This document shows positions 1-13,929 of a stretch of 64,000 bases of DNA, piece after piece. The first letter of the stretch is position 1. Each line of letters starts with the position of its first letter. Made by a program: the position numbers and the translations under genes. Source of the stretch: Azolla caroliniana (Eukaryota; Plantae; Polypodiophyta); contig JBHGNT010000020.1 of NCBI GenBank assembly GCA_043228905.1, positions 13,516,001 through 13,580,000 of the forward strand. The letters are read 5' to 3'. Below the pieces are notes generated by a model. The model saw nothing but the letters and a program-made list of their open reading frames with translations. It searched no databases and was not told where the DNA came from.

Positions 1-153
1 CAACTTCAATACTTAGTCCTATGGAAAGGGTATCCCGTTTCAGAGGCAACTTGGGAACTAGCCCAACACTTGGAGAATGCATCGGATGTTGTTCATGCAT
101 TTCATCACCAATATCCCCAAAAACCGGGGAGACATCTTCGGAGGCAACCTTAG
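1..153 (+). mobile_element. C-terminal chromodomain of a Ty3/gypsy chromovirus pol (element A, continues off the left edge)
   Basis: Frame 1 reads QLQYLVLWKGYPVSEATWELAQHLENASDVVHAFHHQYPQKPGRHLRRQP*, with the chromodomain YLVxWxGY...TWE motif. It is followed by the polypurine tract AGCAGGGGGATAA and an LTR start TGTCA at 165. Confidence 0.9.
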
Positions 154-164
154 CAGGGGGATAA

Positions 165-1788
165 TGTCATGGACATGACAACAGTCATGTCATGATTCGA
201 ACTCTTGACCTATTGTATTTAATCGATATGTTTTAACCAATACATCCAATACATAATCATCTTACCTCACTAGATTATTATAGATCATCTATTCTACATG
301 TAGGATTTTAGAAGCTTCCAAAAAGCTCCAGAAGCTAGAACATTCTAGAAGCTTGTGCATGAAAATGAGTCTTTACATGGGGCTACATTTAGAGCCCATA
401 AACATGTATAAATACAAGGTTCACCTTGGCCTTAGTCAAGGTGAACAACACCAGTTACGGAATCATAATTCAATTCTTGTTCTCTTGACTACTTTCTCTC
501 TCTCTCACTCTCTTAGTATTGAGCCTTGTGCATGAAAATGAGTCTTTACATGGGGCTACATTTAGAGCCCATAAACATGTATAAATACAAGGTTCACCTT
601 GGCCTTAGTCAAGGTGAACAACACCAGTTACGGAATCATAATTCAGTTATTGTTCTCTTGACTACTTTCTCTCTCACTCACTCTCTTAGTATTGAGCCTT
701 GTGCATGAAAATGAGTCTTTACATGGGGCTACATTTAGAGCCCATAAACATGTATAAATACAAGGTTCACCTTGGCCTTAGTCAAGGTGAATAACACCAG
801 TTACGGAATCATAATTCAGTTATTGTTCTCTTGACTACTTTCTCTCTCTCTCACTCTCTTAGTATTGAGCCTTGTGCATGAAAATGAGTCTTTACATGGG
901 GCTACATTTAGAGCCCATAAACATGTATAAATACAAGGTTCACCTTGGCCTTAGTCAAGGTGAACAACACCAATTACGGAATCATAATTCAGTTATTGTT
1001 CTCTTGACTACTTTCTCTCTCTCACACTCTCTTAGTATTGAGCCTTGTGCATGAAAATGAGTCTTTACATGGGGCTACATTTAGAGCCCATAAACATGCA
1101 TAAATATAGGGTTCACCTTGGCCTTAGTCAAGGTGAACAACACCAATTACGGCATCATAATTCAGTTCTTGTTCTCTTGATTACTTTCTCTCTCTCACAC
1201 TCTCTTAGTATTGAGCCTTGTGCATGAAAATGAGTCTTTACATTGGGCTACATTTAGAGCCCATAAACATGTATAAATACAGGGTTCACCTTGGCCTTAG
1301 TCAAGGTGAACAACACCAGTTACGGAATCATAATTCAGTTCTTGTTCTCTTGACTACTTTCTCTCTCTCTCACTCTCTTAGTATTGAGCCTTGTGCATGA
1401 AAATGAGTCTTTACATGGGGCTACATTTAGAGCCCATAAACATGTATAAATACAGGGTTCACCTTGGCCTTAGTCAAGGTGAACAACACCAATTACGGAA
1501 TCATAATTCAGTTCTTGTTCTCTTGATTACTTTCTCTCTCACACACACTCTCTTAGTATTGAGCCTTGTGCATGAAAATGAGTCTTTACATTGGGCTACA
1601 TTTAGAGCCCATAAACATGTATAAATACAGGGTTCACCTTGGCCTTAGTCAAGGTGAACAACACCAGTTATGGAATCATAATTCAGTTCTTGTTCTCTTG
1701 ACTACTTTCTCTCTCTCTTTCTTATTATCTCGTCTATGATATCTCTCTCACTCTCTTAGTATTGAGCCTCGACTACTTGTCCGTGACA
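165..1788 (+). mobile_element. 3' LTR of chromovirus A, expanded to about 1.6 kb by an internal tandem array
   Basis: Starts TGTCATGGAC directly after the PPT and ends GTCCGTGACA (9/10 terminal inverted repeat). LINE coding sequence resumes immediately after. Confidence 0.85.
353..1717 (+). repeat. 173-bp tandem repeat, about 8 copies, inside LTR A
   Basis: Near-identical units start at 353, 526, 699, 872, 1045, 1218, 1391 and 1566. Units contain a TATAAATA box (variant in unit 5), a hairpin and a CT-rich tract. Confidence 0.98.
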
Positions 1789-3690
1789 CCAAGGAGCGAG
1801 CACCAGGTATTTGGGCTTCCAATTTGGCTTCAGTACTCCTCCTGAGACTATGATTGTACTAATTATTCACTCCATTCAGCAAAAGTTGATACATTGGAGC
1901 TTGAAAAAACCCTCACTAGCAAGACGTATCATAGTGGTGAATCATGTATTACTTGCAACAACGTGGTACAACCTATCATGTTGGACGATCTCCAAAGGAA
2001 GTATACATCATATTCCGCAACTGGTATGCAATTATATTTTATCTAGTAAGGAAATCATGCAACTCAAGCCAAGGTGGTGTGACATGTTCTCACATCACCC
2101 AAGTCGAGAAGAGGGATGGGTCTTATTGATCCTTTCTCATAGCCCAAAGCACAACTCGCCAAATTTGAGGTGTGAGGACTCCAACCAGGGGATGACCATT
2201 GGAAAATGCTACTGAGACTATGCTTTGCTTACTTTAAGCCATAGACACATGGTCTAATTGGACCCCTCTGATGGGATGGATTCTAAACGTGAATCTCAAA
2301 CCAAGGTTCTCACGCCAATTGGAGGATAGATTCAATGCATCCATGTGGACGGTGTGGTGTGACATAAAACAAGGGCTCAAATGCAGTCATCCTAACTCCG
2401 AACCTGCTTGGCTCAATCAACGCATCCTGTAGAACCCATGTATCTGAGATGAGTGCAATAAACTCGTTGCATCAAGTAAGGGGTTGTCATGAGGAAGCAT
2501 TGCAGAAGGTCCAACAACTAATTTAAACCCCTTTTGATGAACTCACGTGCTATCATACAAGTTTTGACAGTGAAGCCCCCGGGCATGTGGGACATCACAA
2601 AGTATAGAATGTTGGAGGTGGTTTATGTCACTGCAGTCTGCCACTACAAGATCAAGCCAACATACTGGATGGACTGAGATCTAAAACTGTGAACGCTCTA
2701 TTGCTTGGGGAACCTGCTAGTTCAAGGACGACAATGGAGAAGTGTATAGGAAACGACGAGGGTTCTTTGATTCCAGTGGGTAGGGAAACACCGAATAGGA
2801 TGCAAGGCCACGAGTTGTGAGACAATGGGGAACCAACAACATCGAACATGGCAATTCGAGTGCTCACGTATACAGGTCATAAGATCCCGATCCGAGCAAA
2901 GTACAACTAAAATCACACATACGCACTCATGAGAACACATGGTTTCGTAAGGTCAGCCGAGACTCTTTACAATGGACGTGGCACGATCCTTATGTGGGCC
3001 AAGAAAGCAAATTCATTGCCTTCTTCCAATCCACGACCTGATTGGGTCACTACACCTAGCTGCTCAAACTGACAAAGAACCAGCTATTGCAAAGATATGG
3101 CGATATGGCAAACATATCATGTTCCCCATACAACTATTTCCAAGTTTTGGCAGCAATTATGGAAACAATAACATATTAGGCTAGGTTCAATGCACAATGA
3201 AGTGGGGGGATGTATGTTGGTTATCATGGCAAGCCTCAATTAGCAGATACGAAAATCAGGAGGGGATGTCGTCGGTGATAAAGACACGAGATCTCGTTTT
3301 CCACCATAGACAATATTCACTCAACTCCCGTAAATGCTAAATCCCAAGTCATGCTAGAATTGGTCAACTTAATAACACTATTGACTCTCTAGAAACAATG
3401 TTTTAGGTGGGTCTTCTCCAATCAAATCGTGCACCCGATGACGTTATTGGAAGAGATACAGAATGAAGTCACGTTAAAGAGCCAATACAATGGCATCATA
3501 GGTGGATCCAATGGAGCATAAAGACAACGATTAGCCTTCATCCAACAATGGCCGTCCTCTCCCTTTCTTGAGTCAATGGGCCTCCGCATAAGATGGAACT
3601 ATCGAGCCCCGTGGGGGATTTTTATATAACATTCTTAGTTGTAAAATTTTATAACTAATGGAAGGAGTTTTGTTTTTGGAAAAGAAAAAG
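1789..3690 (+). mobile_element. Degenerate L1-clade LINE ORF2 fragment (RT C-terminus to 3' end)
   Basis: YLGFQFG...KLIHWSLKKPSLARRIIVVNHVLLATTWY matches the RT thumb region of the LINE at 17519-18517. Many stops and frameshifts; WNYRAPW near 3600 and an A-rich end near 3680-3690. Confidence 0.75.
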
Positions 3691-4759
3691 GTGTTCACCT
3701 AAACATATCTCTTATTAGAAGATGATATACATAGGATTAATATTAGTAGATATGTGACTTTCAAAATGAGTCTTTGCATATATACCTTGTATTGATAGTC
3801 CATATGTCAAATCACTTATATGTGTCAAAAGAGATATCATATATCTTTCAAAGGTTTATGAAGGTTTTGTATATTCTTGCTTCTATTTATACCACACGTA
3901 ACTTCCCCAACATCACCTTTGACTATCAAACATATCAATTGTAGATAATTATATGCCTAAAGTCAAGAATTCAAACATCAAATATTGAATTTGCTAGTGA
4001 TTAGTCAATGATTACATACTTTTCGCTAAATAATGGTCATCCACATTTTCCATTATTATTTTTCATCATCAAGATATTTGAATTTAAAGGCATAATCTTT
4101 AAAACTCCCTCCCCTTTCTATGTGTGTGATGCATATGTTTGAGGAGATGGAGACATCAATCAATACCTTACTTTGAACTGATTCAACAATAATAGAAGTG
4201 AGGGGAAATTTCTAGTTTATGTTACAGGCCCTACTTACCCTCGTGTGCTACATTAACTATATGATTGATAGAAAGAGAAAAATGATTTGTCGTTGAAATA
4301 CTTAGCAAGGTCCCTTGGAACCATATACTTGATTCAAAATGCTCCGAAAATATCAACATGACTATTATAACATTGTCTTTCGTAAAGAGCTTTATGCGAA
4401 TAAGAATCACTCGTTTGTATTTTGTCTTCTATGGTTATGGCTAATTAGTGTGGTGTCATTTTGTTATGCATTGAAAACGACCTAGATTTGTTTGGTGGTC
4501 AGATATCAATAAGGTGGAAGATTCCAAACATCCCTTGTTTGAGACGGTTTGTTTTGTCTTTATCATTAGATAACTTAATTTCATGACTTTAAGTTGTGTT
4601 GAATATGACATCGTCTGTCAGCATACATATTTGTAATCCCCTAAAAGTGCCACGATTTGATATCAATTGATCACATAGGTATATCATGATCTTGACAATT
4701 GAACACTTAGCTTTTAGATATAAGAGTACATGATTCAACCAAACACCCTTCCTATCCAT

Positions 4760-4890
4760 GCCCCACAAATAAGGAAAACCCATGGACTAATTTATATGGT
4801 ATTGCCATTTCCTCGAAATGCTTATCAATGTGGAGTTAGTCCCACATAAATCTAATTCTTTGATTTTGGATGGGCATGCGTATCATTTTC
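4760..4890 (+). mobile_element. Possible remnant of a pogo/DDE_1 transposase
   Basis: 4860-4886 reads LILDGHAYH, resembling the LLILDGHxSH DDE_1 motif. Flanks are heavily decayed. Confidence 0.3.
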
Positions 4891-7800
4891 ACATGGTATT
4901 TATCTTTTAAATATGTTGATGTTCTCACATTTTACTGATGATAATGTAGTACAGATTAAATGAAAATAAACAATGAAATGTGGGACCCAACATCCCTAGT
5001 TACAACATGAAATGTAAAGTATCACTTTTCCAAGCATCATATCTAAGATTGAAGATTAGCAAAATGGTGCCGTACATAGTTGACTTTAACTTTTCATGTG
5101 TAAACATAGTGGTTAAGTTTTGCTACTTCACATACAAAAACAATGCAAATGGTTGTTCCCCCCTCCCATTAGTTGAACAAGGGGCGTGAAAGAGATGTCA
5201 TGTGGGATATTGAATGCAGGTGATGTGTATGAAAGGATGGTTAGAGAAACATGTGAAAGTGTAAGATAAATAAGTGAGATCTCTTATGAAGGATAGGATA
5301 GTCTAGGCAAGGCCTACCCGAGAAAGGGATCGAGTGTGTGTATATTTTAACTAATGCAATATATTCTTTTTTAGGGGAAAAAAAAACAATGACCAAAAGT
5401 GTTCATGACTAGATTTCAACTTGTACATCCACCTCCTAATAAGGTCTCTCAATGTTTGCAATGGTGGTGAAATAGACACATTTTCATAGATTTCCCTAAA
5501 ATATGTTAATATTTCTCTACTTTGAGCTTGTTCCTTGATGAGGTTTTGAACAAGTAACATATTACCTAGAGGTATGGTTATATTCTAAAAGTTCTTCTAG
5601 TTTTTGCATTTTGACTCAAAACATTCCCATCTTTTTTTCATGGGTCTTATTATGGTGTATAATAGAAAACTTATTTTGGTATTTTGGCATGTTTAGGTTT
5701 TGCCTACAAGAACTCAGTTATGTTTGATATGGCTCTCACCAATGGTGACATATTATAATCCCCCTATTCTTCTAATGCTTTTTTTATATGACCTGTAAAT
5801 ATTCGTTATTGATTGTCCCCTCAATTTGAGGCTTGTTATAAGTAATATTGTGCACTATTATAAAAAGTGTGGGGGAGGATATGTTCACATGCACGCAATA
5901 TATCAAAAACCTTTGCCAAGGTTTAAATACCAAGTATAACTAGCATGTGTATTGTTGGTTGAAGCTAAATTACCTCATGTTTTGAATCAAATACAGAATT
6001 TGAAACCAATTCTGAACAATAGAGCTAGGATAGAACCTCAGGTTTTCAGAGATTACAAGATTCCAAGATGTGCTTGCTCCATACTAGACTTGGAATATTC
6101 AATTTCAAAGGGATATGGCTTTACGTAATTACTTCGCACCACTATATAGTATAGACCAATAGAGTTGCGTGATTTTGAAGGTATTTTGCCATCATTACCT
6201 CAAACCCTACAAGCTTGTCACTGATAACAATAATAGTTTTTCTTCCTATTTTCAATCATTTTTGGCACTTTTTATGAAATGTTTAGTTAAGGCATGCATA
6301 TCTATTCTAAACTCACTTTTTAAGGCCATTTCTTGGTCACACTTTTATGTCCCCAAAAACATTTCAACACACTCCAAAGAGTTGAAATCAAAGAGTATTT
6401 GAAACTAGGTTGTTTGGTTTTTTATGACACTTCATAAGTTTAATAATGTACATGTTGAAGTTTCTAGTGGAATGCGTGTCCTTGTGTTCTTAATTTCCAC
6501 ACATGATGACGTCCTTTGTTAAACTTTAATGAAACTAAGACAATTCATGGAGTAACGATCATTCAAATGTTGGACCACATGGTTCAATAAGCAAGTGCAT
6601 AAATCAATAGTTATTCGTATGTCGAATGCCATAGTGACATGCATAAAAGTTACAACTTCGCTTACATTTTGCATTTATATTAGGTTACCATTGATGTGAA
6701 GCATCAACTTCTTGAAAATGTTTCTAATGAACTTTTAGGTTTACAATGGACTTACATGTTTTGGTTCCTTTATCCAATACTTCGCCATCAATAAAACTAA
6801 AGTTTGTTGAGGAACATTAAAAGTGGGTTGTTCAAATTTTAGATTTATTAGAACTCCTAAACTTTGAATGGAAGTCAACTATGTATGGAAAAGGCTATAT
6901 GTTGACAAATTCCTCCTAAAAAGCTCTAAAAGTTTGAAACACTACAAATGTGTAGCCTTCATCATTCTTCATCACATATAAACATAAAGTTAATGTAATA
7001 TGAAAGTGCACATACAATTCTTCTTTAAGGGTTTGATCAAGGATATTTGAGGAAATAACGTAAAACTTACTAGTGTTTCAAGGTTTTTCCCTTATAGAGC
7101 GCAAATCATCATACCTAATAGTGTATGTAAAGGGAGATCAATTTTTTTCCCAAACTCTATACTTATAGCCAATATTGAGGCTTATATGCACCAGAAGAAA
7201 GGTTTTTCGTAGCACCATGCGGAGTAGTCATTACTCATGTGTTGATGTAAGGGTGAAGTGTTTTATACATACCATAAAAACAGTTTATTTAATATCACCA
7301 TACAATAGTGTTGATGTAAGCGCAAAGTGATGTGACATTTTACGACAATCTCACATCAAAATTGTACCGCCTTTTCTTTCTAATTTTCTTATTCAACTAA
7401 TGACTGCATTGGCTCCACAAGTTGGACAACCAACTCAATTGCAATTCCCTAATTTCTATATTTTTTGGTTCATATAAGCTCAAGTAGAGAGTTGTGTCAT
7501 CTTCTTGGAAACTCATAACTCCTTTTCAATAGTATGTACCAGATTTGTATTTCTTTTTTGTGTCATCAAGATGTATTGAACTAATGACCTCACATGTTTG
7601 ACAACATTGGCACTATTTTTCTATATTTCAATTTTTGATGATATTATCTACCAACATTAAAAATGACACCTTTAATCACATCGCGTAGAGATCATGTCGA
7701 CATGCTAACACGCAACAAGATCCACAAATTTCACATGGTTCCAACAATGACACCACACATGGTTTGATATTATGCCTTGTGCTCAACATAATATCCAAGT

Positions 7801-10800
7801 TCTCCAATTGTGAGCCTTATGGAAAATCTAGAACAGGTAAAGATATCCAAATATATGTATAAAAGATGGGGGCGAATGTATGTTTCTAATAAAGACACTA
7901 TATTGGTCATTAGCATGCCTCATGGTCCACACCCAATACCAAAGGTGTTTAAGTACGTTTCAAATGTGAAGCTAATCATTGCCATAATCGTTTTTTCATT
8001 TTTTAGGGGCAATTAATTTATTGCCAACGAAATGCATGAACTATACCATTCGTGAGTCCCACAATATTTGTTTTAGTGAATAATGAATTTGGTGATATTG
8101 AGCACATGCTATGGGAGATAGAATCAAGCATGATTGTGCCATATGAATTGAAACTTGAAGGATCTCCATTGGCTCCACAAAGGTAGCCTAGAGTTGTTAA
8201 AATAACCATCACCACCAAGGTGAAGCGATGAAAGAGGACCAACTAGTGGTTATAAAAGCATTCTTTATGTGATTCAAACTTGATATCAAAATGAGTGGTG
8301 CACTAGAAAATAGATGTTATTAAATTTATTCAAGATAGATCTTATCCACAAGTTCAAATGCTTCGAAGGATTTATACATGTTGTAGATGTGGAATTATGA
8401 ATTGTTGTAGAAATTGTCAAAAAAGAAAGAAATTAGAAACAATTTTGGTATTTACACATACATTTCATAATCCTTCCAAACATATTGTGATTATCATCGT
8501 GTGATATTTCCTTGTAAAGTCGTGATGGAGGTTTCATTCAGTAACATTGAACCTTGATAGACAATATATTTATGTTCTCTTTCATCAACAAAACAAGTAC
8601 ATGAACTCGATACAAACATAAAATGTCGTATTCTTCAATATGGAGTTAGATCCCTTTTTCCCACCCATCTCCAACAACATTTGGCATCTGATTTGCCTTG
8701 ATAACAATGTTTTTGTTACATTATACAATCAACTTGTCCTTAATAAATTTTATGCCCATTTAATCATGGTATGATGATGTCACATTTGTGACGAGAGGAT
8801 AATTTTTATTAGGCTTTGCTCGTTCACTTCTCTTACACATCCTCCACGTTGGTGTTCATAGTTAATCCTCTTGGATGGTTTTCTTTGTTCATTGGTAATT
8901 TCCAAGGCCTACAAATTGTTATTAAGTTTTTTATGTATCTAGAGGCTTGCGACAATCTATCATTTGTTTATGCCTAATCCTTGGTTGTTAGCAAATTCCT
9001 TTTCATCAATGGCAAGGCTACGTAATTGAAATGATCTTTATTGTGATAAGGTTGGATTATTTGCTTTCATTTTGAGCTATCCTAGTGTTCATAGCAAAAA
9101 TGAAAAGCAAGCATCTTCTTTGTTTGAGTAGGTTCTCAAAGAGAGTTGTTCCCCTTGTCAACACTCAAGTGTGTTTGTTTTGTTGGAAAAGATAGGATCT
9201 ACGTAAACAATGGGAGAAACATGATTCATAATTAGATAAAGACAATCAACAAAAATTCCCAACAAAACCAATGCTTAGAAAAATTGCCAATGTTATTGCA
9301 ATGATTCTTACCCCCAATTTTGGACTACAAAACAAAGCCACAAAAATATAGAATGAAGGAAGGAAAAGAATCAATTCACAAGGCCTCAGTTGTGAGGAAA
9401 AGCCTAATCATTCATAGGCCAAATGAAAGAGCCAACTGAAAGGCATGCTCCTTAGAGTTTTATGGTTGTTATATATAGATCATCTGGGGTTTAGGGATAT
9501 TGATCCTTCTAAGTACCAAATTTGGTTGATGGGGGTGTTAGGGGCTTTGGTAGATGGCTAGTTCCAAGATTTGGTTCTAGTAATTATATAGGTTCAATGC
9601 TAGCATATGAAGAAGCTAGAAACCCAAATAGTAATGTGTCAAATCACACATATAGTACTTCACGTCACAACAAGAGAGAGTTCTCACAAGTTGTTGAACA
9701 TCCTTTAAGTTTCACAACCTCCATTTAACGAAATACTACAACCAACAACTAAATTTATTTAAATCATGGAACTTCGAACATAAGGGATTACAACACTCCT
9801 ATTTTACACACTTCTAAATACAAATAAGGACATCTATTCACATATAAAATAAATGATATTTTTAACAAGAAAGTTGAGCACACATTATATATAGTGTTTA
9901 CACATATCGACTCTCCATCACAATATTTACTCAAATAGAATTAGCAAATGTGTCTGGAGAAAAGATGACTAACTACTTCTGGACATGGATTATGGCCACC
10001 ATATAGAATGAGTTCCACATATACTCTAATGGAAACTGCACCACCTATGAAGTTACTTGCCACCCATTTTACACACATATACATGTCTCCCCATGCAAAT
10101 ATTGCCCCTAATGTGTGTTAGTGGTGCAATCACTCTCCCATCTAGCATAAAGAGAGATCAATGTTTCCAAGTAGACTCCCTATAAACAAATAATTGAGTT
10201 TTTTATTTGTACAAAGTGCTTTGTGACCCAAATGTTAAATGTTGGTAGTGTTAAATTGCAAATTTGCATTATGTATTTACATTAGTGATGCAAACTTGGT
10301 TCCAAATGCAGAAGAAAAATCAAGTATGCACATGGTGAAACCATCTTCTTGTTAATCACCATTCCATTTAGGTTGTGTAAATGAGCTTAAGTAGATGTGT
10401 TGACTATTATTACATCTAGAATTGATAAAGATGATGAATAAAGTATTATTGCTTCTTTATTATTAGAATGACCATATCATGCATATAGAAGTACACAAAC
10501 TAGTAATACTTGCAAGGTATTGCAATCACGATGTCCGTCTAATTTTAGAAAATTTTCAAGTGAGAAGCTTAAGTGGACACAAAACTATGGAAATTTACCA
10601 AAGTCATTACAAAAACTTTTGCGATCATCATGGGGATGAGTCCTTGATAGCTTGGTTTAAGGAAAAAAGAGGTTTGGATGGATATGACATTATCATTGAT
10701 GAGCAAAGCAATTCAAGATTGAGCTACTTGGAAAGAATATACAAAGAAGAAGTGTTGAGTGGGATATAAGATAAACATTAGCTCATGGGGCCTATGGGCA

Positions 10801-13376
10801 AAATCAAAGTAATGAGCTCAACTCAATCAAGGAGGTGTGGGTCTTGGGGGTTGAAAACAAATGTTGTACAAGGGGTGGGCCTCTTAGCACGCGAGACACA
10901 TTGTTTAAAAGCAAACCGCATGAGGCAAGCTAGTTTAAATGTAAGCCAAATACTTAGGAAGGTACTCTATGTCTCTCTCTCACCCACTCTATCTATTTCT
11001 ATATTCAAAATAACAACAAAAATAGGAAGCAATATGACCTCTCAAGTTTTTTCGCTTGAAGCCTATAAAGTTTTTTTACTCGGGAAACTTGCATCCTCTA
11101 TCTTTCTTTCACATTCTAAAAATTTGTGATTCCTTATCTATTTCAAAGGGATTGTTCATCACATTTGTCCTCCCCCTTCGACCCCCCCCCCCTCCACGAA
11201 GCTTCTCTAGTTATCCAAGAATTGTGAAAGAAAATGGTTCTTTCTTAAGTCTAAGTTCAAAATGAAACAAAAACAACTTGTTGCTCATCATTTAATCCTT
11301 AAATGTTTATGATAGATCACCTTGTACAATATACTTTTTTATGTCTAATACAACTACAAGTTGCATAATAATTAGTTCATATATTGGTGATGTCCATCTA
11401 CCTACGAATCCTTGGAATCTAGTCAATCAAGAGCCTTACTCAAAAAGCCCACATTCACAACTAATCTAGATATTGTTTTTCTGATTCTTTGAATCATGAC
11501 CATTATATCCTGTCCTCCAACCAACTTGTTTTTCGATTGCCTTTTCATTGGGTATGATCATTTATTAATGATCACATGTCAATCTTCCTTGTTTTTTCCG
11601 ATCCAATTTTTGACATGGATAGCATTTGCTCGCTTTGTTTATGTGTCCATTGCGTAGTTCCTAAGGTCTAAAACAACTAGGGAAGTTACTATTATGGTAA
11701 TGACTTAGTGACTCGTACAAATAAGTAAATGGCAAGGGGGGAAAGGTCTCACAAGTAATTAATTGAAAGTCGGAACAAACGAAAATAATGCCTTGAGGTT
11801 TGGGTTAAACCAAAGGTTCAATACTTGTAGTGATATCTTTGAACAATATTAGTTGAGTAGTCAAGTATAAGAAATGTTGAGTGGTCAAGCATGTGAAGGC
11901 TTCAAAATATGTTCAATTTTAGAAAATGTATATAGCTTTTGCGAGTGTTACAAGTCTAACCATACATCAATCCTTTTATAGGAACTTTTTTCCTAGTAAA
12001 GGAGATATTTATAAGACATTTGAAGAGCACAAGTTTGATAATCACATCCAATTTACAAGATGCAATGCACCTCTAATAAAACGTATAAGTAGAACAAAGG
12101 GAACAAGATATACATTTATTAACCAAAGCTTTTTTCATTTAACAATTAATACACATACATCCTCTCTCATCCATTCCCCTATCTCTACATAACAAAATTA
12201 AATGTTTCAGATACAATTGTCAGATCCCAAACAAAAGATTGGATGTAAACTAGAAAGCATACCTTTGCGGTTCACCTATCAATCAAAGTGCAAACCTAAC
12301 TATAACTGACCTTACATCCTTCAATGATGAAAGTCTAGTTTCATAAATAGAAGAACTAGTTTCACAAGAAAAAGTATCCATCCCGGTTAGCATGTGTACT
12401 ATGTCGTAGCATAAGACAATGTCTTAAGTTAGTGATATACAAGCTTTGTATCAAGCGCGAGTCTCGATGGTAAAGCATTTGATGTGAAAACTCAAACATA
12501 TCATAGGATAATCACCTATAAAGAAATAAATGATGTATCAAGCATATCAAAAAAGAAAAGGAAAATTAATAACAGGCATTAAAAGTTTAGGGCTCATAGA
12601 AAACCAAAGGTATATATATAAATGAAATTTTGGCATTTAAAATCTTGGTACTTTCTAAAGTGGAGAATTGTTTTGATAAGTTTTCCTATGTAAGACTAGA
12701 TTTCGTTAAATTTATATCCATACCAATTATTCATATTCAAAACATTGTCAAAGATCTAGACTAGCAAGTATTTTGATTTGGTTGTAATAAGGGTTATCCT
12801 TGATTTCCCACACAATTGTAGGGTCTAATGTTACAAGGTTATTTTTGTGAATGGGGTTCTATGTGCCTAACTAAGTTTGGTGGGTGTGGATCCTTGCATC
12901 CCACTGCACATTCAAACATTATGACTCATCAATAGTTGAGGTTATGCAAACATAGTTGACGAACCATATGACAATTAGCTCTATGTAACACATGTGCAAG
13001 CTTGTCTATTTAAGTTTGTAATGTTGAACCAACCTAGTAGTGGACCTTAGTATCTTTTTCCTCACATGGAAAAACACGGATAGGACTTCCAAGACTTGTA
13101 AGGTGTATATAAAAATCCATAATGATATATAGATGTATATATCGGTGAGCTTAGACTTGAAGTTAATAGTGCCAAGTGGGACTGCCTAGATCCAATCACT
13201 TTTTATCATCTTCAGTTTGGATATAACAAAAGCAAGTCATGTGTCAGAAAGAGGGGGTGGGCGGAGGAGAAAGGGAGAAAAAGAAAGATTGTCCTCACTC
13301 CTGAATGAATGGATGAATCATTCATTTAGTTAGTCAAGTCACTCTAGAGAGAAGATTGTGAAGTGTGTGTGTGTGT

Positions 13377-13379
<3 letters not shown>

Positions 13380-13438
<59 letters not shown>
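13380..13438. repeat. (GA)n microsatellite upstream of the zinc-finger gene; a second one at about 13711-13744
   Basis: Direct observation. Confidence 0.95.
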
Positions 13439-13441
<3 letters not shown>

Positions 13442-13700
13442 GTGTGTCCCACATGGGGGGTGGCACTTTGGGAGTAAATGACTAGAAATACAAAGACAAC
13501 ATCTCTCATTATGTTAATAAATCACCCCAACTTCCTTGTACTTTTCCAATTTAGGCTTGTGGTTTTTTCTCCACTATAAACTTATAGCTTTTGTTACCTA
13601 TACAATATGGCCTTTCTAAACCCTTTCTTAGGAATCTTAGAATACATGATAATGGTCAAATGATGCATTCATACTTTTGAGCTTTAAAGTTATGGTTCCC

Positions 13701-13748
<48 letters not shown>

Positions 13749-13929
13749 GATGTAAGCTTCTAACACCCTCCCCTTTTTTCCTCAAAAGCATTTAGTTTTT
13801 GGTCATCTAAAGATGAGAAAAAAGGTTGCTCTTTAACTTTATGCCTACATATAAACTCTCTCTCTCTCTCTCTTTATAATTTCTTTGCTCTCTTGATTTT
13901 TGGCCAGCATAAGCAAGACTTGCCAAGCC

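Noticed and set aside
353-1717. CRISPR-like array, or a family of 60-aa peptide genes
   Set aside because: Units are near-identical along their whole length with no unique spacers, and the context is a eukaryotic LTR. The ORFs are just the repeat read through, and unit 3 has a stop.
3700-13200. Possible hAT, gypsy integrase and gag remnants (e.g. about 6650-6830, 9880-10100, 10479-10769)
   Set aside because: Only faint motif echoes in heavily decayed AT-rich DNA; boundaries and families cannot be supported without a search.
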